Of a DNA stretch of 64,000 bases, positions 11,551-22,237 are shown piece by piece (the stretch's first letter is position 1; each line of letters starts with the position of its first letter). This stretch comes from Escherichia virus TH54, in sequence record MT446420.1, one strand, 5' to 3'. Both the position numbers and the translations under genes were made by a program. The notes under the pieces were generated by a model. It made no database searches. It saw only the letters and a list, made by a program, of their open reading frames with translations, and was not told the origin of the DNA.

Positions 11551-12216
11551 ATGGCCGATTTAAGAGTAGGCTCAACGACTGGCGGGTCAGTAATATGGCA
11601 CCAGGGTAATTTTCCGTTGACGCCGGTAAGCAATGATTTATTTTACAAAACATATAAAGTATATACAGAATTCAATAAACCACAAGCAGCAGATAATGAC
11701 TTTGTTTCTAAAGCAGCAGGTGGTACTTATGCAAGTCAGGTAACATTTAACCAGGGTATTCAAGTTCCTTATGCAGTTAATAATACCAATAAATCGGGTA
11801 TTTTTCCAGGGACAGGCGACGCCGCGACTTTTGATACAGCAAATATAGATATTGTATCTTGGTATGGGATTGGATTTAAATCCTCACAAGGCTCTGCACT
11901 ACGAACCGTAGTTATTAATACAAGAAATGGTGATATTAGCACAAAGGGTGTTGTTTCTGCGGCAGGTCAGGTTCGCACAGATATGAATGCGCCAATTGCG
12001 GCAAATGACTTAACACGCAAAGACTATGTTGATGGATTAATAAATACAGTCACAGCTAATGCTGACTCCCGAGTTCTCCGCAAAGGGGATACTATGACGG
12101 GTTTGCTGACAGCACCTAATTTCGTTTCTCAGAATAAAGGCTCGGCGGATAACCATGTTGCCCGTATTGACCAAGTTGTTCTCAGAGGCACATCAGAAGA
12201 TTTTGGATATTATTAA
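11551..12216 (+). CDS. 36: long tail fibre distal connector gp36
   Basis: 221 aa (T4 gp36 same length), late promoter upstream. Confidence 0.8.
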   Translation: MADLRVGSTTGGSVIWHQGNFPLTPVSNDLFYKTYKVYTEFNKPQAADNDFVSKAAGGTYASQVTFNQGIQVPYAVNNTNKSGIFPGTGDAATFDTANIDIVSWYGIGFKSSQGSALRTVVINTRNGDISTKGVVSAAGQVRTDMNAPIAANDLTRKDYVDGLINTVTANADSRVLRKGDTMTGLLTAPNFVSQNKGSADNHVARIDQVVLRGTSEDFGYY

Positions 12217-12224
12217 GAGGCACT

Positions 12225-15200
12225 ATGGCTACTTTAAAATCGATACAATTTAAAAGAAGTAAAATAGCAGGAGCCAAGCCTACTGCAGCTCAGTTAGATG
12301 AAGGTGAACTGGCAATTAACTTAAAAGATAAACTTATTTTTACTAAAGATGATGTTGGTAATATTATCGACCTTGGATTTGCTAAAGGTGGTACAGTTGA
12401 TGGCAATGTTACTATTAACGGCCTTTTAACTCTTAAAGGTGATTACACTCAAACTGGTGGAATGCAAGTAACAGGGGATATTTACTCTGGAGCTGGGATG
12501 AGTGCAGCTGTTTACCGCGCAAGAAATGGTTCTTTTTATTCTCGTGCGCAAAATGACACGTCTAATGCCCACTTGTGGTTTGAAAATACAAATGGTTCTG
12601 AACGAGGAGTGCTATATGCCAAACCACAACTTGAAAATGAAGGCACTATTACCATGCGCGTTCGTCAAGGTACAGCAGCAGGTGCCGGCAATATAGAATT
12701 CCATTTTATTTCTTCTGGTGGTGGTATTTTTCAGGCCCCTATTTTAAAGGCTACTACGTCAATTAACGCGCCTACTATTAGTGTCAATAGTATAAGCCAT
12801 GATTCTAAATCGTTCGGTACCTACGACAGCCAATCTTTGGTTAATTATGTTTATCCAGGTACAGGCGAAACGAATGGTGTAAACTATCTTCGTAAAGTTC
12901 GTGCCAAATCCGGCGGCACTATGTGGCATGAGCTTTGTACTGCTCAATTAGGCCAAGCTGATGAAATGTCTTGGTGGACAGGCAATACTCCACAGTCAAA
13001 GCAATACGGTATTCGAAATGATGGCCGAATGATAGGTAGAAACAGTCTCGCATTAGGTACTATGACTACTGATTTTCCATCTAGTGATTATGGTAATGTC
13101 GGGGCACTTGGAGATGTGTTCCTTGCTTTAGGCGATAATGGCACAGGTTTACGTTATCAAAAAACTGGTGTATATGATTTAGTTGGTTCTGGATTATCCG
13201 TTGCATCTATTACTCCCGATAGTTTCCGTAGTACTCGTAAAGGTTTATTTGGACGTTCAGAAGACCAAGGCGCAACTTGGATTATGCCGGGCACAAATGC
13301 CGCATTTTTATCAGTTCAAACACAGGCTGATGCGAATAATGCAGGTGATGGTCAGACGCATATTGGCTATAACTCCGGTGGAAAAATGTCGCACTATTTC
13401 CGCGGTAAAGGTCAAACCAATATTAACACTCAAGAAGGCATGGAACTTAACCCAGGTATTCTTAAACTGGTAACTGGCGCAAATAATGTAATGTTTTATG
13501 CCGATGGTGGTATTACTTCCACTAAACAGTTATCGATTTATAATGGTGTTTATCTTGCGGCTAATAACTCAACAGCAGGTTTGACTTTTTCAGCAACTAC
13601 CACGATTGATGGCACCAAACAAATTCTTTGGGAAGGTGGCACTCGTTCAGGGCAGAATAAGAGTTATGTAACTGCTAAAGCATGGGGTAATGCTAATAAT
13701 GCGACTGGTGATAAATCTCGTGAAACTGTGTTTGAAGTTGGCGATGGACAAGGATATCATTTTTATTCACAACGTGTGGCTCCTGCTTCAGGCTCAACAA
13801 CAGGCCCAATTCAATTCCGTATTGCTGGTGCTTTATTAACTTCTGGTGGTATTACATCGTCTGGTTCTATTGTTACAGAATCAAGTCTAGTTGCTAATAA
13901 CGGATTGTCTGTAAATGGTCAAGCCAAATTTGGCGGAACCGCTGATGCATTGAGAATTTGGAACGCCGAGTATGGTGCTATTTTCCGCCGTTCGGAAGCA
14001 TCACTGCATATTATCCCGACTCCTAAAGATGCAGGTGAATCTGGTGGAATAAGTAATCTTCGCCCATTAAGTATCAGCCTTAATAATGGTATGGTGCAAA
14101 TGCGTCATTCCGTTACATTAGGTGACGATGGCGTTGGCGGCAATATGATTACTGTGGATAACGACAATAAACTTGTTGTTTTGACTTCTAATTCACGTAT
14201 AAGTCCAAATTTCCGTATGCAAATAGGCCAGTCATCTTATATTGATGCTGAATGCACTGACGCGGTTCGTTCAGCTGGGGCTGGTTCATTTGCTTCACAG
14301 AATAATGAAAACGTTCGTGCGCCATTCTATATGAATATTACTAGAACTGATACTAGTACTTATGTTCCTATTTTAAAACAACGTTATGTTCAAGGAAATA
14401 GCTGTTATTCTTTAGGAACTTTAATTAATGGTGGTAACTTTAGAGTCCATTATCATGAAGGTGGTGACGGCTCGACAACCGGTGCAGCTGTTGCTGATTA
14501 CGGATGGGAATTTGGTAGAGATGGTTCTTTTAGAACGCCTAATAAACTAGTAGTTAATAGCGTCACAATTGGCACTGATGGCAATATCACGGGCGGTTCT
14601 GGTAATTTTGCTAACTTGAACACTACTTTAGACCGTAAAGTTAATGTTGGCACTTGGTCTGGTAGTTCAACTGCAGGTTGGTATAAATTTGCTACTGTAA
14701 CTATGCCACAGTCAGTATCAACCGCTCAATTTAAGATTATAGGTGGTAATGGATACAATGTAAATTCACCAGAACAGGCTACAATTACTGAAGTAGTTCT
14801 TCGTACCAGCAATAACAATCCTAAAGGTATTAACGCAACTTTATGGGGCCGCACGGGTAATGGATTTACTAATATAGCAACAATTAATACCTCCGGTGAT
14901 GATTATGATGTTTATCTGTATGCTGGGACTTATGCAGACAAACTTATAGTTGAATATGACGCCACAGAAAATACCAGTAATATTTCGGTAATTGGACTTA
15001 ATGGTGGGTATCAAACACCTGTAGCAGAATTACCTACCGGCCATCTGCGTGGACAAGTGTATATGATGTACTCTGATGCTCAGATACCTTATCCGGTTGG
15101 TGCCCCGATTCCATGGCCAAGTGATTCAGTTCCTGCTGGATTTGCTTTAATGGAAGGTCAGACCTTTGATACTGCAGCTTATCCTAAGCTTGCTGTTGCA

Positions 15201-15845
15201 TATCCTACAGGTACTATTCCGGATATGCGTGGGCAGACTATCAAGGGTAAGCCAAGCGGTCGCGCAGTGTTGAGTGCAGAAGCTGATGGTATTAAGTCTC
15301 ATAACCATGGCGCATCTGCTTCAAGTACTGACTTGGGTACTAAAACCACATCAAGCTTCGACTATGGTACTAAAACATCTTCAAGCTTTGATTATGGTAC
15401 TAAGACCAGCAATACAACAGGTAACCATAACCATACAGTAAGTGGTACTACCAGTTCAGCCGGTGCTCACCAGCACGCTCGTTCAGGTCCGCAGCTTTCT
15501 AACGGTATATCTACTAATATTTTCCCTGATGGGTACAGTGATGTTGGAACCAACTACAACTCAAAATTTAGTGGAACAGTTATAGGTAGCTCGGTGCCGT
15601 GTATCATTGGTAAAACATCAAATGATGGTGCTCATACTCACACTTGGTCAGGTACTACTAGCACTACAGGTAACCATGCTCATACTGTAGGTATTGGTGC
15701 TCATACCCATACGGTAGGTATCGGTGCTCACACTCATACTGTAGCGATTGGTTCTCACGGACATACTATCACTGTAAATAATACAGGTAATACAGAAAAC
15801 ACGGTTAAAAACATCGCTTTTAACTATATCGTTCGCTTAGCATAA
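12225..15845 (+). CDS. 37: long tail fibre distal subunit gp37 (receptor-binding tip with His boxes)
   Basis: 1206 aa; C-terminal [29 protein letters not shown] x2/GSHGHTI HxH repeats typical of T4-type gp37 tip. Confidence 0.9.
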   Translation: MATLKSIQFKRSKIAGAKPTAAQLDEGELAINLKDKLIFTKDDVGNIIDLGFAKGGTVDGNVTINGLLTLKGDYTQTGGMQVTGDIYSGAGMSAAVYRARNGSFYSRAQNDTSNAHLWFENTNGSERGVLYAKPQLENEGTITMRVRQGTAAGAGNIEFHFISSGGGIFQAPILKATTSINAPTISVNSISHDSKSFGTYDSQSLVNYVYPGTGETNGVNYLRKVRAKSGGTMWHELCTAQLGQADEMSWWTGNTPQSKQYGIRNDGRMIGRNSLALGTMTTDFPSSDYGNVGALGDVFLALGDNGTGLRYQKTGVYDLVGSGLSVASITPDSFRSTRKGLFGRSEDQGATWIMPGTNAAFLSVQTQADANNAGDGQTHIGYNSGGKMSHYFRGKGQTNINTQEGMELNPGILKLVTGANNVMFYADGGITSTKQLSIYNGVYLAANNSTAGLTFSATTTIDGTKQILWEGGTRSGQNKSYVTAKAWGNANNATGDKSRETVFEVGDGQGYHFYSQRVAPASGSTTGPIQFRIAGALLTSGGITSSGSIVTESSLVANNGLSVNGQAKFGGTADALRIWNAEYGAIFRRSEASLHIIPTPKDAGESGGISNLRPLSISLNNGMVQMRHSVTLGDDGVGGNMITVDNDNKLVVLTSNSRISPNFRMQIGQSSYIDAECTDAVRSAGAGSFASQNNENVRAPFYMNITRTDTSTYVPILKQRYVQGNSCYSLGTLINGGNFRVHYHEGGDGSTTGAAVADYGWEFGRDGSFRTPNKLVVNSVTIGTDGNITGGSGNFANLNTTLDRKVNVGTWSGSSTAGWYKFATVTMPQSVSTAQFKIIGGNGYNVNSPEQATITEVVLRTSNNNPKGINATLWGRTGNGFTNIATINTSGDDYDVYLYAGTYADKLIVEYDATENTSNISVIGLNGGYQTPVAELPTGHLRGQVYMMYSDAQIPYPVGAPIPWPSDSVPAGFALMEGQTFDTAAYPKLAVAYPTGTIPDMRGQTIKGKPSGRAVLSAEADGIKSHNHGASASSTDLGTKTTSSFDYGTKTSSSFDYGTKTSNTTGNHNHTVSGTTSSAGAHQHARSGPQLSNGISTNIFPDGYSDVGTNYNSKFSGTVIGSSVPCIIGKTSNDGAHTHTWSGTTSTTGNHAHTVGIGAHTHTVGIGAHTHTVAIGSHGHTITVNNTGNTENTVKNIAFNYIVRLA
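15336..15404 (+). repeat. 30-bp tandem repeats inside gp37 (GTKT[TS]SSFDY units)
   Basis: ggtactaaaac...tcaagcttcgactat / ggtactaaaacatcttcaagctttgattat / ggtactaag... Confidence 0.8.
15690..15770 (+). repeat. 27-bp tandem repeats inside gp37 (GIGAHTHTV His-box units)
   Basis: Three successive 27-nt units encoding [27 protein letters not shown]. Confidence 0.75.
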
Positions 15846-15850
15846 GGAGA

Positions 15851-15870
15851 GGGGCTTCGGCCCCTTTTGA
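15851..15870 (+). terminator. hairpin/terminator between 37 and 38
   Basis: GGGGC-TTCG-GCCCC then TTTTGA, directly before the gp38 start. Confidence 0.5.
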
Positions 15871-15872
15871 AT

Positions 15873-16418
15873 ATGAAAATTTATCATTTTTATTTTGACA
15901 CAAAAGAATTTTACAAAGAAGAAAATTATAAACCAATTAAAGGATTGGGTCTTCCTGCACATTCAACAACTAAAAAACCTTTAGAACCTAAAGAAGGATA
16001 TGCGGTTGTATTTGATGAACGCGTTCAAGATTGGATTTATGAAGAAGACCATCGCGGTAAGAAAGCATGGACTTTTAATAAAGAAGAAATCTTAATAGGC
16101 GAAATAGGAAGCCCAGTTGGTATAACTTTCGATAAACCTGGTGAGTTTGATTTATGGACAGACAATGGTTGGAAGGAAGACGAAACATATAAACGAGTAA
16201 TGATTCGTAATAGAAAAATTGAAGAGTTATACAAAGAATTCCAAGTATTGAGTAATATGGTTGGAGCCTCAGTCGCCGATAAGAAAGAAAAATTCTATCA
16301 CCAGAATCTTAAACGTTTCTTTGCTCTTTTAGAAAAACACGAACACCTTGGTGGTGAATTCCCGGCTTGGCCAGAGAAAGAGAAAAAATCATTCTTCAAA
16401 AGATTGTTTAAAAAATAG
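15873..16418 (+). CDS. 38: tail fibre assembly chaperone gp38 (T4 type)
   Basis: MKIYHFYFDTKEFYKEENYKPIKGLGLPAHSTTKKPLEPKEGYAVVFDER... near-identical to T4 gp38; track start 15867 is TTG, ATG is at 15873. Confidence 0.9.
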   Translation: MKIYHFYFDTKEFYKEENYKPIKGLGLPAHSTTKKPLEPKEGYAVVFDERVQDWIYEEDHRGKKAWTFNKEEILIGEIGSPVGITFDKPGEFDLWTDNGWKEDETYKRVMIRNRKIEELYKEFQVLSNMVGASVADKKEKFYHQNLKRFFALLEKHEHLGGEFPAWPEKEKKSFFKRLFKK

Positions 16419-16432
16419 TAGCACAAAAGCAT

Positions 16433-16440
16433 TATAAATA
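16433..16440 (+). promoter_or_regulatory. late promoter TATAAATA for holin gene t
   Basis: Exact TATAAATA 18 nt upstream of t ATG. Confidence 0.6.
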
Positions 16441-16458
16441 TCTTTAAAGGAGAAAAGT

Positions 16459-17112
16459 ATGGAACCAAAAGTAGGAATATCAATACCCGACCTACTTTTT
16501 GGACTTCTTGATAGAATTTTTAAAGATAATGCGACCGGGAAAGTTGTTTTTTCCCGGGTACTAGTTATTGTTCTATTATTTTTAATGGCGGTAATCTGGT
16601 ATAAAGGTGATGCAATTTTAGATGCGTACAGGGATGCTTCATACGCCTCGTACACTGAAATGATAAGGCAAGACCAGGATAACAGATTTAAAATTGCAGC
16701 TATCGAGCAAATCCAGATAGTCCACTCGTCAAGTGGGGCAGACTTTACAGCAATATATTCTTTTAGACCAACTAACCTTAACTACTTCGTGGATATGGTG
16801 GGATACGAGGGGATATTACCTGATACAGTCGATGAAAAAAACTTGGGTGGGTTTCCAATAGATAAGACTTCAGCGGAATATTTGGCGGGGGTTAATGGTA
16901 ATTATTTCGAATCCAGTACGGAATCTGTATTCTTACCAACAAAGAAAAAAAGCAGCTTCACATATATGTTCAGCTGCCCATTCTTTAATTTGGAAAACGT
17001 TTACGCAGGTACAGTCTCACTGTACTGGTATAAGCAAAAACCCGACCTTGGTTTTGATAGGCTTTCTGCTATGTGTGGACAAGCAGGTCGTACGCTCGGG
17101 CGTACACGTTAG
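16459..17112 (+). CDS. t: holin
   Basis: ISIPDLLFGLLDRIFKDNATGKV...QIVHSSSGADFTAIYSFRPTNLNYFVDM...YAGTVSLYWY matches T4 holin T; late promoter upstream. Confidence 0.9.
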   Translation: MEPKVGISIPDLLFGLLDRIFKDNATGKVVFSRVLVIVLLFLMAVIWYKGDAILDAYRDASYASYTEMIRQDQDNRFKIAAIEQIQIVHSSSGADFTAIYSFRPTNLNYFVDMVGYEGILPDTVDEKNLGGFPIDKTSAEYLAGVNGNYFESSTESVFLPTKKKSSFTYMFSCPFFNLENVYAGTVSLYWYKQKPDLGFDRLSAMCGQAGRTLGRTR

Positions 17113-17384
17113 AATCCGGAGGTATACATCATAAGATAACGGTGTATATCTTCGAATCCTTCGTTAAATTGTTCAATGATTTGTTCAATTTCATCTTCAG
17201 ATAAACTTTTAAACAACTTGTTAAACGATACATTGTTCAACTCATTCCCATTCTCATTTCTCAATCCCAACTCATTCAAAAACGCGATAAACACATCACG
17301 CTTCATCGTAATATCTTCCCGGTCGGTTTTAATCAAAATTGAAGTTATAGTAACAATTTCAGAAACGATTTCAAATTTAGTCAT
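17109..17384 (-). CDS. asiA: anti-sigma-70 protein AsiA
   Basis: 91 aa; ...TITSILIK..REDI...FIAFLNE.G...EQFNEGFE...RYL.MYT matches T4 AsiA. Confidence 0.85.
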   Translation of the reverse strand: MTKFEIVSEIVTITSILIKTDREDITMKRDVFIAFLNELGLRNENGNELNNVSFNKLFKSLSEDEIEQIIEQFNEGFEDIHRYLMMYTSGF

Positions 17385-17442
17385 TTTAATTTACTCAAGT
17401 ATTCAATAAGACATTCAATTGTTCAGTAAGAATATTATACTA

Positions 17443-17607
17443 TTATTCCTCTGGGTTGTACACATGATTTTCCATCTGTACAACATATTCCTGATACATC
17501 TGTTCAACTGGTTCCTGAAACTTAAAATCTGCTCCAAGGAATTCACCAAAGCAATCATGCTCGCGTGCACGCTGACCAGTGATGGTGTTCTCTAAGTTAT
17601 GACTCAT
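17443..17607 (-). CDS. hypothetical small protein (54 aa)
   Basis: Hand-translated MSHNLENTITGQRAREHDCFGEF...; below track size cutoff; ATGA overlap with arn stop. Confidence 0.3.
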   Translation of the reverse strand: MSHNLENTITGQRAREHDCFGEFLGADFKFQEPVEQMYQEYVVQMENHVYNPEE

Positions 17608-17894
17608 AGTGATTCCTCGATGTAATCTTCTAAACCAAAATCATCAATTTCTTCTTGAATTTCTCTTAATACTTGTTCTTCATCTAGACCAGGACCAAAA
17701 ATCACTTTAGCGTAGCCGGGTCGTTCACTAGAGAATCGAATTGTATATTCCGGTTGAATATAGCCAAAGCTGCTATCCAAATCACAAAGAATTTCTGCAT
17801 AGATTTCGGCTGGAACTGAAGCACTGATTTTAAAAAGCTCATCAATAAGAATAACCAATTCAGTTGCTTGATATGTATGGAGTTTAGTAATCAT
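17604..17894 (-). CDS. arn: putative anti-restriction nuclease inhibitor Arn
   Basis: 96 aa, acidic C-terminus ...EDYIEESL, sits upstream of asiA as T4 arn does; identity from position and composition only. Confidence 0.45.
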   Translation of the reverse strand: MITKLHTYQATELVILIDELFKISASVPAEIYAEILCDLDSSFGYIQPEYTIRFSSERPGYAKVIFGPGLDEEQVLREIQEEIDDFGLEDYIEESL

Positions 17895-17983
17895 AGCCTT
17901 TACCCTTATGTTTCTGTTTGCGATTGGACTCTTTAAAATTTTTCTTCTTGTCCTTATGGACAGATGCCTTATTGAAATCGTGT

Positions 17984-18265
17984 TTAGCTACCAGATTGTT
18001 CATGCAATTTCCTTAATTGATATTCCAAAGAGCCAATAATTTCTTTATTAGTAGCAATATACATATCACGCAAGAATGGCTTTAGGCCTTCCATATTTCC
18101 ATGAATTGTCTTGGAACTAATATTCTTTATATATTCATGGTCTAATGCATCCCAGGCCGGTTGGTTGACATAAGTTCCCCAGTTGTCTTCCAGCATAACA
18201 TTCAGACGTTTAATATGGTTAATATGGGCTTCGATTGCATCAATCTGGAGTTGTTTAAGATTCAT
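17984..18265 (-). CDS. hypothetical protein
   Basis: 93-aa ORF in the arn-motA interval. Confidence 0.4.
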   Translation of the reverse strand: MNLKQLQIDAIEAHINHIKRLNVMLEDNWGTYVNQPAWDALDHEYIKNISSKTIHGNMEGLKPFLRDMYIATNKEIIGSLEYQLRKLHEQSGS

Positions 18266-18753
18266 TAGTAAAGGTCCTCAGAGTAAAGTTCTTTTTCACT
18301 ACCACCACGTTCAATACGCACTTGATTTGCATAAGTCGCAATAATCATTGCTTCTTCACGGGTCCAGTAATTGCTGTATTGGTCAATGAATCCTTGATTA
18401 TCACCACAAACATGGTCTGATACAAGTTTATCACTTACCTGGTCAAGCACTTCTGCCATATCTTTTGAATAATGTCTGGCGCCAGGAATAACCAAAGTCC
18501 CGCCATCTTTTAATCTAAAGCGGTTGGCAGCGCATACAATTCGTCGCTGATATTTTTCATTGTTGTTCCAATGAGCAATCTGCCAACAGATTTCTGGGAC
18601 TTCTTCTAAAACATCTTCTTCTGTATATTCTGTATAGTCGCCGGATGCCTGTAATTTAGCTGCTAGACTTTCAGGTGTCTCACGAGAAAGAGCTTTATCC
18701 AATAAAGCCATACGGTCTTTAAAAGATAATTCTTTACCTTTTAATGGATTCAT
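18265..18753 (-). CDS. hypothetical protein
   Basis: 162-aa ORF. Confidence 0.45.
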   Translation of the reverse strand: MNPLKGKELSFKDRMALLDKALSRETPESLAAKLQASGDYTEYTEEDVLEEVPEICWQIAHWNNNEKYQRRIVCAANRFRLKDGGTLVIPGARHYSKDMAEVLDQVSDKLVSDHVCGDNQGFIDQYSNYWTREEAMIIATYANQVRIERGGSEKELYSEDLY

Positions 18754-19097
18754 TTGATAATCACCTTATAACCATTATATTTCACGAATTCATGAATTTT
18801 ATCACCAATACCAATCAACTCGCCTTTATCAGAAGAAGCCAATTTGATATCAACTGTTTGACATACACCAAATGAAGTTATGGATACTTTTTCTATAGTA
18901 ATAATCTCAAGAAAACGTGATAACTGCATACCAAACTCAAGAGGAATATTATCAATTTGGAGATGAAGGTTATAAATTACCTTAATACCATTCACCAGGG
19001 CACAACGTTCATCCCAAGCGTTACGTTGCTCTTCAATCAATTTAAGGGAATGGCCTTCGCCATCCCAATTTAGTTCCATAGGAATCATTTGAACCAA
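18750..19097 (-). CDS. hypothetical protein
   Basis: 115-aa ORF. Confidence 0.4.
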   Translation of the reverse strand: MVQMIPMELNWDGEGHSLKLIEEQRNAWDERCALVNGIKVIYNLHLQIDNIPLEFGMQLSRFLEIITIEKVSITSFGVCQTVDIKLASSDKGELIGIGDKIHEFVKYNGYKVIIK

Positions 19098-19417
19098 CCT
19101 TTAACACGTTGCCACAGACTTTTCTGTTGAGCTTTATTAACACCAATTGAGCGAATAACTGGTTGTGATTCCAGGTATTCTTTATAGTCAGCTTTATAGA
19201 CTTCATATGCTGCTGGAACAAAGGCGCCAATCGCTGCCATGAAGTTCTTGCGCGCGCCAAATGGAGCTACTGCATCGTCCTGGCGATGGATAAGATACTG
19301 ACCAGCTTTGACCTTGACAATAGTCCCAAGGTAAGCGCCATGATACCAAACATCCCAACCCTCTTGAGTAGGTTCTACGCAAGCACGCAATTCATTAACA
19401 ATATTCAGCTTATTCAT
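19085..19417 (-). CDS. hypothetical protein
   Basis: 110-aa ORF. Confidence 0.4.
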   Translation of the reverse strand: MNKLNIVNELRACVEPTQEGWDVWYHGAYLGTIVKVKAGQYLIHRQDDAVAPFGARKNFMAAIGAFVPAAYEVYKADYKEYLESQPVIRSIGVNKAQQKSLWQRVKGWFK

Positions 19418-19424
19418 AATTTCC

Positions 19425-20033
19425 TCACTTTAAGATGTTAATAACATGTTGAATGTTTTCAGTTGACATATGATTGTCAATGTAGGTATTCAATCCACCT
19501 ACTTTAACGCTAAATCCCACGTCTGTAAACTGTTTTACTATCTTTTGTTCAGTATTATACGCATGCACACGAATCTGACCATCACGACGTACATCAATCT
19601 GTTTTAATGTCTTGATACGCTTGAACTTCACAATCAGATTGCTACGGTCTTCTGAAATGCTCTTAAAGTCAATACCAATAGACAATAATTGCTCTTTGAT
19701 ATATTCTGCAGTCGCTTCCATTTCATCAGTCACACCGCGTTTTGTTCTTGTCTTCTTCACTTCCAGAAGGTCTGGATTATTTTCATTCGCCCACAGTTCT
19801 GCTGCATCCAGAATAAGGTCAACACCTTTTTCTGTAACCATCAAACCATCACCAGAAGCTTCAACATAGTTGTTATTCAACAATGTCTGCACGCTATCAA
19901 TTGACGTGTTCTGCTGGTCTAAAACAACCTCTGGACGCACGAAGTTGTTTTTGTATACAAACACCAGAGCATTGACATCAGTCTCATGTAGGGCGTTCTG
20001 GGAGCATTTAACGATATAATTTAACTTGTTCAC
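19425..20033 (-). CDS. motA: middle-transcription activator MotA-like
   Basis: 202 aa; N-terminal MNKLNYIVKCSQ.. and SGDGLMVTEKG resemble T4 MotA; position between arn cluster and 52. Confidence 0.6.
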   Translation of the reverse strand: MNKLNYIVKCSQNALHETDVNALVFVYKNNFVRPEVVLDQQNTSIDSVQTLLNNNYVEASGDGLMVTEKGVDLILDAAELWANENNPDLLEVKKTRTKRGVTDEMEATAEYIKEQLLSIGIDFKSISEDRSNLIVKFKRIKTLKQIDVRRDGQIRVHAYNTEQKIVKQFTDVGFSVKVGGLNTYIDNHMSTENIQHVINILK

Positions 20034-20035
20034 AA

Positions 20036-20263
20036 TTATCCCTTAATAGATTTCATATAATTTGACGCATATGATTGTACCACAGTACGTTTCATATGGG
20101 AAGTAGAAACAATCACATCAATCGCTTGTTTACGTTCTTCTTTAGAGTTTGCCAGTTTGAACATGTCAAAGTAATAATAACAAGCTTCTTTGTTAGATTT
20201 GAATTTGGCGTTGATGTATTCTTGACCTTCATTCTGTTGTGCAGTAAACATTTTATTCTCCAA
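20036..20263 (-). CDS. hypothetical protein (motA.1 position)
   Basis: 75-aa ORF. Confidence 0.4.
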   Translation of the reverse strand: MENKMFTAQQNEGQEYINAKFKSNKEACYYYFDMFKLANSKEERKQAIDVIVSTSHMKRTVVQSYASNYMKSIKG

Positions 20264-20300
20264 AATTTTTATGATTCAGTGTGTAACTCAGTATGGAATC

Positions 20301-20330
20301 ATTATGCATCGGGTCAAGGGACTTGTACAC
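20301..20330 (-). promoter_or_regulatory. early promoter cassette after the gp52-region terminator
   Basis: Minus-strand AAAAAGTAGTGTACAAGTCCCTTGACCCGATGCATAAT. Confidence 0.5.
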
Positions 20331-20349
20331 TACTTTTTAAAATAAAAAA

Positions 20350-20365
20350 GGACCCCGAAGGGCCC
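20350..20365 (-). terminator. intrinsic terminator downstream of 52
   Basis: Minus-strand GGGCCC-TTCG-GGGTCC then T-run. Confidence 0.5.
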
Positions 20366-20463
20366 TAGTCTTTATCTATCTTATTACCAATAAACATACC
20401 AACAATCACACCCGCGATTGCCGCGAAAATACAAAGCAATGCAAACTCAACTCCAAAACTCAT
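20365..20463 (-). CDS. hypothetical small membrane protein (32 aa)
   Basis: Hand-translated MSFGVEFALLCIFAAIAGVIVGMFIGNKIDKD; ATG overlaps gp52 stop (ATGA); terminator hairpin follows. Confidence 0.35.
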   Translation of the reverse strand: MSFGVEFALLCIFAAIAGVIVGMFIGNKIDKD

Positions 20464-21839
20464 AGAGCCTCCAAATCATTAAGGTATTCAGTTTTAACAT
20501 CAGTTGTCTTCCAGTACTCATGCTCGGCTTTCTTAGCCTTTGCTTCGTCTGCAAGCTTCTTGGCTTCATCAGAGGTCATATGGTAGATGTTCATCGCCAC
20601 TAACTTCTCTGCATAATCGCCATATATTTCACTCGCCTGGAGCTCCTCAATCAACTTCTTACGAGGTTTCCCCTGGATAACAACCTTACCATCAATCACT
20701 TCTTTAATAAAGAAGACTTTTGCCCGGGCTAGTTTAAACGCGGCTTCAGTTTCTTTAATCTTACTGTCAATTCGCACTTGAACATAAGTCTTACGGACAT
20801 CAACGAAATCGCGAATCAGGTCAAGCGTGTTGGTGTATTCAGCCAGTTTGCCTTTATGATTAAGCACCGTTAAGTTCTGGGAGAGCTTCTCAATCAGACC
20901 AAAGTCTTTCATGATTTTCTCATGATTTTCTTCTTCAGTGCCATCCAACTTGTATTCCTTACGGAATTTAATCTTAAACCCAAAACCATGCTCGCCACAG
21001 TTATCTTTCCAGGTGATAAAACCTTTCTCTTCCAGCGGGTCCAGGATTTTACTTGTATACTTTTCCAGGTTCCATTGGACTGGAATTTCAGTAATTTCCA
21101 TTTGAGTTCTGGAAGTCATTTTGTACGTGCCATGAAGCTCATACTTACCAGGCTCTTCCAGCTCAACAACTTTACCACGGAATTCTGGATATTTTACTTT
21201 CGGAGCAACCGGCTCACGACCTTCCACGATAGCTTTAACAGCTTCCTTGACGTCCTGGAACGAATGAGGAAGAATATCAGTAGCAAAGCCAACAGCAATC
21301 CCAGAAGTGGCGTTAAGTAATACAGTAGGAATAACAGGAAGATAAAAAGCAGGAGGCTTATGTTCTTCATCAGGATGGACCGGAGCATATTCTGTATCCT
21401 TAAACAAGTTGTAAAAGTTCTTTGAAACCCTTGCGAATACATAACGAGCTGATGATGCTTCTGGCACCATTCTGGAACCAAAGTTACCTTGCCCATCAAA
21501 CATAGGATATTCATTTTTATATGTTGCGACCAAACCAGAAGTTGCTTCTTCCGCTGATGCTTCACCATGGTGATAACCATAATCAGCTACGCCACCTGCG
21601 ATGGATGCAACCTTATGGAATTTATTCTTATCACCACGTGCCAGGTCTAATGCTCTCGCCATAACAAATCTGTGAACCGGTTTAAAACCATCAATCATGT
21701 TTGGGATGGCACGACCTTCCACAGTGTAGATAGCATATGACAATGCTTCCACATCAATAATGTCTTTTAGACTGCGTGGGTTAAGGGACCCCATGGAATC
21801 ACTGAACTGTTTGGACATCATACTTAAAACGTCAGACAT
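20460..21839 (-). CDS. 52: topoisomerase II medium subunit gp52
   Basis: ...AIPNMIDGFKPVHRFVMARALDLARG.K.KFHK.ASIAGGVAD.GYHHGE... collinear with T4 gp52. Confidence 0.9.
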   Translation of the reverse strand: MSDVLSMMSKQFSDSMGSLNPRSLKDIIDVEALSYAIYTVEGRAIPNMIDGFKPVHRFVMARALDLARGDKNKFHKVASIAGGVADYGYHHGEASAEEATSGLVATYKNEYPMFDGQGNFGSRMVPEASSARYVFARVSKNFYNLFKDTEYAPVHPDEEHKPPAFYLPVIPTVLLNATSGIAVGFATDILPHSFQDVKEAVKAIVEGREPVAPKVKYPEFRGKVVELEEPGKYELHGTYKMTSRTQMEITEIPVQWNLEKYTSKILDPLEEKGFITWKDNCGEHGFGFKIKFRKEYKLDGTEEENHEKIMKDFGLIEKLSQNLTVLNHKGKLAEYTNTLDLIRDFVDVRKTYVQVRIDSKIKETEAAFKLARAKVFFIKEVIDGKVVIQGKPRKKLIEELQASEIYGDYAEKLVAMNIYHMTSDEAKKLADEAKAKKAEHEYWKTTDVKTEYLNDLEAL

Positions 21840-21847
21840 ATATCACC

Positions 21848-21988
21848 TTACCAGATTAACGAATGTACTGCCATTATAGCATCAGAAATAAAAAGCACAA
21901 CCTGCACTAATGCAAACACAATTCCATAATACAGCGCCACCAATAAGGCAGCAAGGGCTAACGAGTAGCCCAAGATTTTCTTAATCAT
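21848..21988 (-). CDS. hypothetical small membrane protein (46 aa)
   Basis: Hand-translated MIKKILGYSLALAALLVALYYGIVFALVQVVLF...; below track cutoff. Confidence 0.3.
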   Translation of the reverse strand: MIKKILGYSLALAALLVALYYGIVFALVQVVLFISDAIMAVHSLIW

Positions 21989-22148
21989 TGCTCACCGCGG
22001 AAACCATAAATTTAACAAAGGCATCAACTACAAACCATCCACACAAGAAATAAACAAACCACATAGGCGGGATGAAGACACCTGCGACAAAAAGAGTTAC
22101 TAAAACAATGACCGCCACTAGATAAATGAATGAAAAGACTGATGTCAT
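21981..22148 (-). CDS. small membrane protein (position of T4 ac)
   Basis: Track ORF 21981..22169 starts at TTG; ATG 22148 with GAGGA SD gives 55 aa MTSVFSFIYLVAVIV... Confidence 0.4.
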   Translation of the reverse strand: MTSVFSFIYLVAVIVLVTLFVAGVFIPPMWFVYFLCGWFVVDAFVKFMVSAVSND

Positions 22149-22155
22149 ATTTTCC

Positions 22156-22236
22156 TCAAGGGCGTCCAAAGACGCCAGTTAATTTAAGATTATGACGATG
22201 CCATTGCATCACATGTTCGTTATGGAAATTACTCAT
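22156..22236 (-). CDS. stp: Stp peptide (26 aa), activator of the host PrrC anticodon nuclease
   Basis: Hand-translated [26 protein letters not shown], near-identical to recalled T4 Stp; one nt after ndd stop; missed by ORF track. Confidence 0.8.
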   Translation of the reverse strand: MSNFHNEHVMQWHRHNLKLTGVFGRP

Positions 22237-22237
22237 A

